In this document: one piece after another, positions 9,208 through 17,249 of the stretch
Layout of the letters: each line of letters opens with the position of its first letter
Position numbering within the stretch: the stretch's first letter is position 1
From: an uncultured Bacillota bacterium
GTDB taxonomy: Bacteria; Sysuimicrobiota; Sysuimicrobiia; Sysuimicrobiales; Segetimicrobiaceae
DNA length: 64,000 nucleotides
Direction: 5' to 3'
Assembly: GCA_963804645.1 (NCBI GenBank)
Contig: CAWDRG010000017.1
Span: 1-64,000 of the forward strand
Program-made: the position numbers and the translations under genes
The notes under the pieces: model-generated
The model's database searches: none
Told to the model about the DNA's origin: nothing
What the model saw: the letters and a program-made list of their open reading frames with translations, nothing else

Positions 9208-12033
9208 CTATCTCTCCCCTGCTTGCGCGCCGGCACCACCCGGCACCCGCGCCTCGAGCGCCTGCTGGATCAATTGCGCCTGTGCCACCGCGTAGCGCGC
9301 GTGCGACCCTTCCGCAGGGCTCGCGTTCGGCACGCGGCTAATACGGGCCACGCGGCGCTCGCTGCCGAGCGCCGCCGTCAATCGCGGTTGCACGAACGTC
9401 CACGCGCCCATGTTCTCCGGCTCCTCCTGGACCCAGCACACGGCCCGGACCCGCGCGTACCGTCTGAGAACCGCCCGCAACGCCTCGTCAGGGAATGGAT
9501 ACAGTTGTTCCAGGCGCACGATCGCCAGCTCCGGATGATCCTTCCGGGCGGCGCTCTCGGTGAGGTCGACGGCGATCTTGCCGCTACATACCACAAGACG
9601 CTCCACAGCATCGGGGTGGTCCCGGACCTCGGGGTCGTCGAGTACCGGCTGCCACCCCCCCTCGGCGAGATCCCGGAGGGGCGAGCTGACCAGCGGGTGC
9701 CGAAGCAGGCGCTTCGGAGTCATGACCACAAGCGGCAGCGGGTCAGTCCGAAGGAGCGCCGCCTGCCGGCGGAGCAGATGGAAGTACTGCGCCGCGGTCG
9801 TACAATTCGCGATCCGAAGGTTGGTCTCCGCCGCGAGCTCCAGGAAGCGCTCCAACCGCCCACTGGAGTGATCCGGGCCCTGCCCCTCGGCGCCGTGCGG
9901 CAACAGCAGCACGAGCGACGGCGTCTGGCCCCATTTTGATCTGGCCGACGCGACGAACTCGTCGACCACGACCTGCGCCCCATTGATGAAGTCGCCATAC
10001 TGGGCCTCCCAGACCACCAGCCGTCCCGGCCCGCCGATGTTGTATCCATACTCGAAGCCGAGCGCCGCGTTCTCCGTGACGGGGCTGTTGCACACCTCGA
10101 ACGCCGCGCGCACCTGAGGCAACCGCTGCAGCGGCACGTACGTGCTGGCGGTTTCAACGTCGTGCAACACGGCGTGGCGCTGGCTAAAGGTGCCGCGCTC
10201 GACGTCCTGCCCGGTCAGGCGGATGCTCACGCCCTCAGCCAGGATCGTCGCGAAGGCGAGCTGCTCGGCGGCCGCCCAATCCACCGCGATCGGCGCGGTC
10301 CCCTCGACCACCTCGCGCCGGGCGATCGCCTGGGCGAGCTTGGGGTGCACATGAAAGCCTGGAGGAATCTCCGCGAGCGCTCGGTACAGCGCGCGCAGAG
10401 TGGGCTCCGACACGGCCGTCTGCGCCCGCCGCGCCGCGCCCGCCGGGGCGGGCGGAGGGGGGGCGTCCCGAAAGACTGCGGGATCCAGCGCGGCGAGCAC
10501 GGCCTGCAGGGCCACCGTGCGCTCGCGCAGCAGGGCGTCCGGCTTCGCCGGGTCGATCAGGCCCCGCTCGACCAGGGCCCGGGCCCACAGCGCCCGCACG
10601 GTGGGGTGGCGACGGATCGCGTCATACATCTGCGGTTGCGTGAAGGTCGGCTCATCGCCTTCGTTGTGGCCGTAGCGGCGATAGCCTACGAGATCGATCA
10701 GGGCGTCCTTGTGAAACCGCTGCCGATAGGCGGCACACAGCCGGATCGCTGCAAGGCATCCCTCGGGGTCGTCGGCGTTCACGTGGACGATCGGGATGCC
10801 GAATCCCTTCGCCAAGTCGCTTGCGTACGGGGTACCGTGGGTTTCCTCCGGGGTCGCGGTATACCCGAGCTGGTTGTTGACGATGATGTGGAGCGCCCCG
10901 CCCACCTCGTAGCCGCGGAGCCGGGACAAGTTCAGGCTCTCCGCGACGACCCCCTGGCCATGGAACGACGCATCGCCGTGGATCAGCACGGCCAGCGCCG
11001 TGCCGAACTCCCACCGCGGAGCCCCCGCCTGGTCCGTGCGCGCCGCGGCTGCGCGCGTCATCCCCAGCACGACCGGGTCCACCGCCTCAAGGTGGCTCGG
11101 GTTCGGCGCAAGCATGATCGTCACGCGGTCGGGCCCGGACGTCCCCGGATCGGTCCGCGCGCCCTTGTGGTACGTGACGTCGCCCGTCCACCCGACGTCA
11201 TCGCGCGCGGGCCGCGCGTCCAACGGTTCCTTGAACTCCGCCAGGATCGCCGCGTACGGCTTCCCCACGACGTGCGCCATCACGTTGAGGCGCCCGCGGT
11301 GGGCCATGCCGAGCTGGACCGTCCGAATGCCATCCGACGCCGCCAGCCGGATGAGCTCGTCGAGCATCGGGACCAGCATGTCCGCGCCCTCGATCGAGAA
11401 GCGCGTCTTCCCTGGGAACGTCCGGTGCAGAAACTGCTCGAATGCCTCCAGCTGCGTCAGGCGTGCCAGCAGGGTACCGCCGGCGTCCGCGTCCGTCTGC
11501 ACGCGGAACCGGGCGCTCTCGATCGCCTCCCGGAGCCACGTCCGCTCCTCGGGCACCGTCACGTGCTCGACCTCGTAGCCGACCTGGGATTCGTACACCG
11601 CGCGGAGCCACTCGATCGCGTCCCAGGCCGTCGCGGCGTCTGCGGGGGCGGGACCGCCGACAAGACCCGGCGCCAGCGCGCGCAGCACGCCCTCCGCGAC
11701 GGCGCAGGACGTGGGGTCGAGCTGCGCATCGCCTGCGGCACCGTGCGCGAGCGGGTCGGTGCGCGCCAAGAGGTACCCGCGCGCGCGGATCGCATCAGCG
11801 AGCCGCACCGCCTCCGCGATCCCGCGTTCGTCCCACTCGGCGTCTTCGCGCGGCGTGTGCTCGAGCGCACCGGCGAGCAGAGCGGCGCCACCGTTCCCTC
11901 CGGGCTGCCATCGCTCGAACTGCGCTCGCGTCGCAAGGTCCACCGAGGCCGGGTCGTCCCGGTACCGCGCATAGAGTTCCGCGACGTACCCGAGGTTCAG
12001 TACCGCAAATTCGTCAGACGCCGCCATTATCAA
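9208..12033 (-). CDS. sucA: 2-oxoglutarate dehydrogenase E1
   Basis: RFSIEG, GMAHRGRLN, NPSHLE, HGDA, GHNEGD, RGTFSQRH, WEAQYGDF. Confidence 0.95.
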   Translation of the reverse strand: MIMAASDEFAVLNLGYVAELYARYRDDPASVDLATRAQFERWQPGGNGGAALLAGALEHTPREDAEWDERGIAEAVRLADAIRARGYLLARTDPLAHGAAGDAQLDPTSCAVAEGVLRALAPGLVGGPAPADAATAWDAIEWLRAVYESQVGYEVEHVTVPEERTWLREAIESARFRVQTDADAGGTLLARLTQLEAFEQFLHRTFPGKTRFSIEGADMLVPMLDELIRLAASDGIRTVQLGMAHRGRLNVMAHVVGKPYAAILAEFKEPLDARPARDDVGWTGDVTYHKGARTDPGTSGPDRVTIMLAPNPSHLEAVDPVVLGMTRAAAARTDQAGAPRWEFGTALAVLIHGDASFHGQGVVAESLNLSRLRGYEVGGALHIIVNNQLGYTATPEETHGTPYASDLAKGFGIPIVHVNADDPEGCLAAIRLCAAYRQRFHKDALIDLVGYRRYGHNEGDEPTFTQPQMYDAIRRHPTVRALWARALVERGLIDPAKPDALLRERTVALQAVLAALDPAVFRDAPPPPAPAGAARRAQTAVSEPTLRALYRALAEIPPGFHVHPKLAQAIARREVVEGTAPIAVDWAAAEQLAFATILAEGVSIRLTGQDVERGTFSQRHAVLHDVETASTYVPLQRLPQVRAAFEVCNSPVTENAALGFEYGYNIGGPGRLVVWEAQYGDFINGAQVVVDEFVASARSKWGQTPSLVLLLPHGAEGQGPDHSSGRLERFLELAAETNLRIANCTTAAQYFHLLRRQAALLRTDPLPLVVMTPKRLLRHPLVSSPLRDLAEGGWQPVLDDPEVRDHPDAVERLVVCSGKIAVDLTESAARKDHPELAIVRLEQLYPFPDEALRAVLRRYARVRAVCWVQEEPENMGAWTFVQPRLTAALGSERRVARISRVPNASPAEGSHARYAVAQAQLIQQALEARVPGGAGAQAGER

Positions 12034-12087
12034 GCACCTACTGCATCGGACCTGCCCTGAGCCCGTTACGGCCCAGGAACGACTTGG

Positions 12088-12336
12088 TCAGCGTGTGCCC
12101 TGTTTCTTTGCCGGCATCTGCCCCTTCACGATCCTAAGAGCCGTTCCCTTGTGGATCGCGACGTGCGGAGTCTTGTCACTCTGGATGAGATACTGTGGCT
12201 CGGCTGGCGAGGCGTGATGCACGTAGCCCTTGACCACAGTGTCGGCCGTGATACGCTTGATGATCCTGCCGCGCACTCGGCCGGCCTCGGAGTTCCACGC
12301 CACGTGATCTCCGATCCGGAACGTTCTCTTACCCAT
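12088..12336 (-). CDS. DUF2945 (Tudor-like) protein
   Basis: GDHVAWNSEAG…PQYLIQSDKT…AIHK. Confidence 0.8.
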   Translation of the reverse strand: MGKRTFRIGDHVAWNSEAGRVRGRIIKRITADTVVKGYVHHASPAEPQYLIQSDKTPHVAIHKGTALRIVKGQMPAKKQGTR

Positions 12337-12628
12337 GCCCTTTCTCCCGAGCCTCGCCCGCCACGCTCGCGTAGACTTTCCGGGAGCGGCCTCCAACACC
12401 TCCCCCCTACGCTGTGCGCTCTCAGTCCTCCACGACGGGCTCCATGGCCAATCTAAGACACCGTGCGCATCCGGTCGTTGCGCGAACGCAATCAGCCAGA
12501 TGCGCCTCGGTACATGCGCTGACACTGAGTTTGGAGGTCGCGGTCTCGAAGGCAGTGGTACATCCATCGGTGGAACTCAGAGATTGGTCTAGCGACGACG
12601 TGTTCGGCTGCCATAATGCGTGTTGCCA

Positions 12629-12743
12629 CCGCACGCAACGTGACGCTGGCGTGACAGCTAACGGACAGGGAGCGCTGGAACCCGTGCATTTACTGGCGTT
12701 TCTTCACGGGAAAGCGCGGGTTCAAGTCCCCCCTCCCCGACCA
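12629..12743 (+). repeat. att-like repeat copy 1 (arm motif + tRNA-Pro 3' end)
   Basis: CCGCACGCAACGTGACGCTGGCGTGACAG…ACGGGAAAGCGCGGGTTCAAGTCCCCCCTCCCCGACCA. Recurs at 14844, 16156 and 26827. Confidence 0.9.
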
Positions 12744-12861
12744 GTACGGCTGTCTACCGATCAGTACGGCTCGCGACGTAATCCTTATCTGGAGCCCGTT
12801 CGCCCATTCTTCTGGAGCCAGTTCGCGCATTCTATTGAACACCTATACCCCCCGGTCATTC

Positions 12862-13160
12862 TCACTCAATACCGCTCGAAACCGCACGATGCGTGACGCT
12901 GGCGTGACAGCCGGTCGACCAGACAAGATCCTCGGGCCATTCTACTGGCCTCACCTTGATTGTCTCAAACTTGATCGTCTCAAAGAGGTGTCCGTAGCGC
13001 TTGAGCGTAAAGCCCGGATCCGAATGACCGGCCTGTTTCGAGATGTAGAGCAGGTCCTTGCCCGCGGCAATCAGGAGGCTGACAAACTGGTGGCGCAGAT
13101 CGTGCCACCGGATCGGATGCCGCACGCCCGCACGACGCAGCGGTTCGACTATAGCCGAGG
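12862..13160 (-). pseudogene. tyrosine recombinase/integrase C-terminal fragment
   Basis: HDLRH…AGH…RYGH carries the catalytic HxxR, H and Y residues. The N-terminal part is missing. Confidence 0.85.
12882..12910 (+). repeat. isolated arm-type motif copy inside the integrase 3' end
   Basis: CCGCACGATGCGTGACGCTGGCGTGACAG matches the motif at 12629-12657 at 26/29 positions, same orientation. Confidence 0.8.
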
Positions 13161-13233
13161 GAAGCACCCGAAGCCCGGCCGAACCGGCGACTAACCTCGA
13201 TACGCCTCCCAACGCCGGTAGAGTATCAGATCA

Positions 13234-13302
13234 GCGCAAGTCGCGACCCATCGAGCGGGTGGCAAGCCTCAGAAGTGCAGATCGAACCCGATGCTGCCCG
13301 TC
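13234..13302 (+). repeat. 69-bp direct repeat copy A
   Basis: 63/69 identical to 14371-14439. Confidence 0.9.
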
Positions 13303-13557
13303 TGCCCTTTCTGGTAGGTATTCAGCATCGCATCGTACGTCACGTGAAAGTCCGCCCCATGCCACAACTGCCAGTTGAGCCGGACCCCGTCCCCCCCCGG
13401 TGTCCGCCGCGGGATTCACCCCGGTCACCGTGAGCAGCGAACCGGCCGACCCTTGCAGCGTCGCCGTGGTCGTGAATCCCGGCGTCCCAAACTCGTGCCC
13501 GTACCCCGCGTACGCCGTCCACCCGAACGTGTCGTGCGTCGGGCCCGCCAGCCGCAA
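13269..13557 (-). pseudogene. autotransporter/outer-membrane beta-barrel C-terminal remnant
   Basis: WTAYAGYGHEFG… and terminal GSIGFDLHF* (C-terminal Phe) in broken frames. Confidence 0.45.
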
Positions 13558-13587
13558 GCCTATGCAACGGGGCCTGGGTTGCGATTA

Positions 13588-13606
13588 GTTATGTCATTAT
13601 GATAAC
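13588..13606. promoter_or_regulatory. candidate operator GTTAT-N9-ATAAC
   Basis: Inverted repeat in an AT-rich stretch just upstream of the two-gene module. Confidence 0.4.
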
Positions 13607-13620
13607 CTTTATGTGTGACG

Positions 13621-13971
13621 ATGCGGCGTGACCCGAGCCTAGATGTACTGCTCGATCTCGATGGACAGGTGCTCGTGGTGGATCCCGAGGGCGGTCACAC
13701 GGTCCGGTTCGTCGTAACGCGGGTCCCGGCCTCCGCTGAGAAGCCACACGGCATTAACTACTCCCTCACGCTGCACGGACCCGATGGCGAGCGGTTGGTC
13801 GGCTTCGATAACGCACATCCGGTCGCCAGGCGGAAGCGCGCCGAACCACAGGACCATTACCACCGGGTGCGGACGACCAAACCATACGTCTACCGAGACG
13901 CGGCGACCCTTCTCGATGACTTTTGGAGCGCGGTGGATGCGGTGTTACGCGCGAGAGGAGTGATCTCATGA
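13621..13971 (+). CDS. DUF6516-like putative TA component
   Basis: PHGINYSLTLHGPDGERLVGFDNAH…DHYH…LLDDFW. ATGA overlap with the next gene. Confidence 0.75.
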   Translation: MRRDPSLDVLLDLDGQVLVVDPEGGHTVRFVVTRVPASAEKPHGINYSLTLHGPDGERLVGFDNAHPVARRKRAEPQDHYHRVRTTKPYVYRDAATLLDDFWSAVDAVLRARGVIS

Positions 13972-14345
13972 CGACGTTGAAAGTTGGCATCGCCAGTTAC
14001 CAAGAGATGAAGGCTCGCACTATGGCGGTAGCACGGGGTGAACGGCGCGGCGCCTCCGGCGAACCTAAGGTCTGGTTCACTTCGACGGAGTCCTTCGCAA
14101 AGGTTCTGTCGGCCGGCAACCGAGAGCTGTTGCGTGTCGTCGTCGAAAAAGCACCGACCTCGCTAGACGAATTGGCGCGCATGACGGGTAAGGCCAAATC
14201 GAATCTGTCGCGCACCTTAAGGACAATGGAGAATTATGGATTGGTCCAGCTTGTGCGCGGCGATCGGGGACGCGTAACACCGAAAGTAATCTATGATCGA
14301 GTGGAGTTAGACCTGCCGCTCACTGCATCACGGAAGGCGGGCTGA
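13968..14345 (+). CDS. winged-HTH putative antitoxin partner
   Basis: VWFTSTESFAKVLS…SLDELARMTGKAKSNLSRTLRTMENYGLV. Confidence 0.8.
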   Translation: MTTLKVGIASYQEMKARTMAVARGERRGASGEPKVWFTSTESFAKVLSAGNRELLRVVVEKAPTSLDELARMTGKAKSNLSRTLRTMENYGLVQLVRGDRGRVTPKVIYDRVELDLPLTASRKAG

Positions 14346-14370
14346 CCCCGAGGCCCAAACGTACTGTACC

Positions 14371-14439
14371 GCGCAAGTCGCGACCCATCGAGCGGGCGGT
14401 AAGCGTCAGAAGTGCAGGTCGAGTCCGATGCTGCCCGTC
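14371..14439 (+). repeat. 69-bp direct repeat copy B
   Basis: 63/69 identical to 13234-13302. Encodes GSIGLDLHF* on the minus strand. Confidence 0.9.
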
Positions 14440-14620
14440 AAGCGCTCGCGAATTTTCCGCGCCGTCCAGCTGGGGTGCTCGCGCTTCACATTGAGAATGT
14501 AGTTCTCGACTTGAACGGGCAGTTGGTTGGCGTAGCGAATCGGATGCCGGCTGCGGTCAGTGAGCCCGTGCATGCCGCAGTCCTGATACTGATCGAAGAG
14601 CTTGTAGCCGGTCTTGCGGG
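14440..14620 (-). mobile_element. IS481-like transposase N-terminal fragment
   Basis: RKTGYK…GLTDRSRHP…ANQLP…EHPSWTARKIRERL. No DDE domain or element ends visible. Confidence 0.7.
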
Positions 14621-14843
14621 ACCTCCAGGATCTGCTCGGAACAGTATTAAAGATAGGTTGTTTGCAACTTCGGACAAATCGGGCGGCGGCCCGATTTCTA
14701 CTGCTTCGAGATAACCAATATCTGCTCGCCGCCAACAGGGCGGGGTTCCGTATCGTGGGATCCAGCATGCGCTGGATGTTGGGCGTCGGAGGTGATGCGA
14801 GATGCTGGAAATCGCGGCGGCCATTTCATCAAGCGTATCGCCG

Positions 14844-14957
14844 CCGCACGCAACGTGACGCTGGCGTGACAGTTAAGGGACCGGGTGCTCTGGACTCCGT
14901 GCAATCACTGACGTGTTCTGACGGGAAAGCGCGGGTTCAAGTCCCCCTCCCCGACCA
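14844..14957 (+). repeat. att-like repeat copy 2
   Basis: Identical 29-bp arm motif and 27-bp ACGGGAAAGCGCGGGTTCAAGTCCCCC block. Ends CCCCGACCA. Confidence 0.9.
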
Positions 14958-15012
14958 CTACGGCTTCTATCGGTCGATGCTGCTCACGACGGTCAGCAAA
15001 CGCTGCCTAACG

Positions 15013-15573
15013 TCAAATCGGGATGGCGGCGAGCTCCTCGCGAGTGAAGCGCCGTACATATGATGACACGACCTCAACGCGGGCGGCATGCCGTGTGAAG
15101 CACACGGCACAGGCATATTGCGAGGCCTGCGCCGAAGGAACGATGAGGACATCTACACCCGCGCGGCAGGCCGCGGTGCCGACCAGAATGGCGCGGGCAT
15201 ACCCGGCCCCCTCATCCAGGAGATGGGAGATTGGCCACGGCAAGCGCGCAGCGACATCGTCCAACCGCACGACCTGTTGGCCGGTGATCCGCAGGTGTGC
15301 GACCCGAAAGGTCACTGGGTCGATGCCCGGTCGGAGGTGATCCGCCGCCTCAACGATGGCCACGGCATCCGTAGCCGCGGTATACAACGCTTGGGTTTCA
15401 GCCGGATGGTGCCAGCGTCCCGCGTAGCGTTGGCTACGGGCGCTGGAGATGGGATCCAGAGGCTCCTCGACGCACCGCCACATCATCACCGTCAGGGCGG
15501 CGCGGGGCGCCGCGAGGAAAACATCCTGTAGCCCGCCGAGATAGCGCGGGGCGCGATCGAGGCGGATGTCCAC
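15013..15573 (-). CDS. RES-domain toxin
   Basis: WR…GRW…ALYTA…IVE…LIVPS gives the R-E-S residues. Abuts the upstream antitoxin. Confidence 0.8.
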   Translation of the reverse strand: MDIRLDRAPRYLGGLQDVFLAAPRAALTVMMWRCVEEPLDPISSARSQRYAGRWHHPAETQALYTAATDAVAIVEAADHLRPGIDPVTFRVAHLRITGQQVVRLDDVAARLPWPISHLLDEGAGYARAILVGTAACRAGVDVLIVPSAQASQYACAVCFTRHAARVEVVSSYVRRFTREELAAIPI

Positions 15574-15948
15574 TTATGTCAGGCTGTCACCGTTCGCGCG
15601 AAGCTGCTGGAGAAGTTGCGTGATTCCACCTCGACGGTGGACCAAGTCGATCGGGCTGCCCCCGCGTCGCCGCGGCGTCGCAGCCCACTGTCGGAGGGAT
15701 CCGTAGGGGACCTGATCGAGGTACCCCATGATCTCGTCGATCACCCCAAGCGCCATGCGCACGCCACGCGTCGCGCGTTCCCGATCGACGTCCCCGGACT
15801 CCACGCGTTCCCACGTCCGCACCGAAATCGCCGTGAGGATGGCAAGCTCTTCGTGGGTTAGGTCGAAGAGCTTCCGGAACGCTCGAACGAGCTCTTGATC
15901 ACGCGTAGTCAGTGCAGGCATCACCGGCGCCTCCTCTACGAGAAGCAT
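15574..15948 (-). CDS. Xre/MbcA-like antitoxin
   Basis: HTH LTHEELAILTAISVRTWERVESG plus a C-terminal W..TP….G.SPIDL pattern. Confidence 0.7.
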   Translation of the reverse strand: MLLVEEAPVMPALTTRDQELVRAFRKLFDLTHEELAILTAISVRTWERVESGDVDRERATRGVRMALGVIDEIMGYLDQVPYGSLRQWAATPRRRGGSPIDLVHRRGGITQLLQQLRANGDSLT

Positions 15949-16155
15949 ACCAACATGGCGGGTTTCCCGTCAAGACGCCGCGCGGTCACCGAAACTCACC
16001 GCCCCGCCAGTCTCGAGCGCCACAAGAGGGCCCATCGAGAGAGAGGGAAAATGGCTGCGTGGCGCCAGGTCCCACCGTCGGGCGCGCACAGTTGATTCCC
16101 AGACATCCGCATCGGGACGAACATCGCGCACTGTTGGTGCGAGTGCGCGCTACCG

Positions 16156-16270
16156 CCGCACGCAACGTGACGCTGGCGTGACAGTTAGAGGACCCGGCAC
16201 CCTGGACGCCGTGTAATTACTGGCGTTTCTTCACGGGAAAGCGCGGGTTCAAGTCCCCCCTCCCCGACCA
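16156..16270 (+). repeat. att-like repeat copy 3
   Basis: Identical arm motif and core. Ends CCCCCCTCCCCGACCA. Confidence 0.9.
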
Positions 16271-16305
16271 GCACAGCTCTCTACCAGTTGTGCTGACTAC
16301 ATCCT

Positions 16306-16527
16306 TCAGGGCGTGTGTGCTCTTATTCTCTTCGCGAGTAACTGCCCTAGCTTTTGTCCATGTCCTTTCCAAGCTCCAGGATGGTTTCTCACGGTTACCA
16401 GTTTTTTGGTCGTGGGGTGTTGGAAAGTGAGATGACCGCCCTTGGTTCGTATCAAGACATAGCCCTGCTCTTTTAACTGGTCTATGTAGGCTTTAGCCTC
16501 CTTGGTTACCTTGATCTTGCTTCCCAT
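16306..16527 (-). CDS. HicA-family toxin-like protein (no HicB seen)
   Basis: 73 aa, basic. LKEQGYVLIRTKGGHLTFQHP…VTV..H. Low-GC gene. Confidence 0.7.
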   Translation of the reverse strand: MGSKIKVTKEAKAYIDQLKEQGYVLIRTKGGHLTFQHPTTKKLVTVRNHPGAWKGHGQKLGQLLAKRIRAHTP

Positions 16528-17249
16528 GCTAAGGCTAGTGGTTTTCTCTTCGCGCTAACAACCCTGCCTGCGCAACCAGTCGGAAGCGACCATCCTCATC
16601 GATGCACGTAGGCCACCGGTACTCACCCTGTCTCGCCCGTCCAGTCCACCGCGGACAGTCCGGTGGATCTCGACCCCTTCGGCGCCGTGGGCCCCGGGAT
16701 CCCGTCACTAATCCACCGGCCTCCCGAAGCATCCGGTGCATTTTGCGATCGTGACTACGGCGTAGCGTGTTTGTTCCTATGAACAGCGTCGGATGCATCT
16801 GATCGATTCACGGCTACGAACATCATCAAGTGCCTCGAGGCGAGCGGCGCCGGCCGAGCCGTCGCTCCGCCGGTTGAGCTGGACGTGAACATATCGCCGA
16901 CCGAGCAGCCAGATGGATGAGCTCGTCTCGTAAACGTCCACGATTCGGGTGGGCAGCGGCCAACAGAGCGTCCGTCGGCGCAGCGTCGGGCCCGCGCCAG
17001 GATTGTCAATCCAGTGTCGGCCCGATGGCACCGTCGGCGCAAAAGGCACATGCTCCATCATAAATGTATTCGAATCCGCCGGAAAGAAACGGGCAGCCGG
17101 GGACGATCGGACTGGCCTTTCTCAACGCGGCGCTGCGCGGGACGCTGACGCGCGTGTCGCGACGCTCTCCATCCTGAACAGGCTCTCTGAGCCTAGTCGA
17201 ACAGGACCGCTGCTGAGCATGCGGCGAGTGTGTCCTAGGGAGGGCAGCT

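Noticed and set aside
12492..14904. Small ORFs sharing 'CHASVTLRA' or 'GKARVQVP' as a protein family
   Set aside because: They are translations of the att repeat, and similarity stops at the repeat edges.
16535..17061. Short ORFs as the HicB partner
   Set aside because: No HicB-like or DNA-binding pattern is recognisable.
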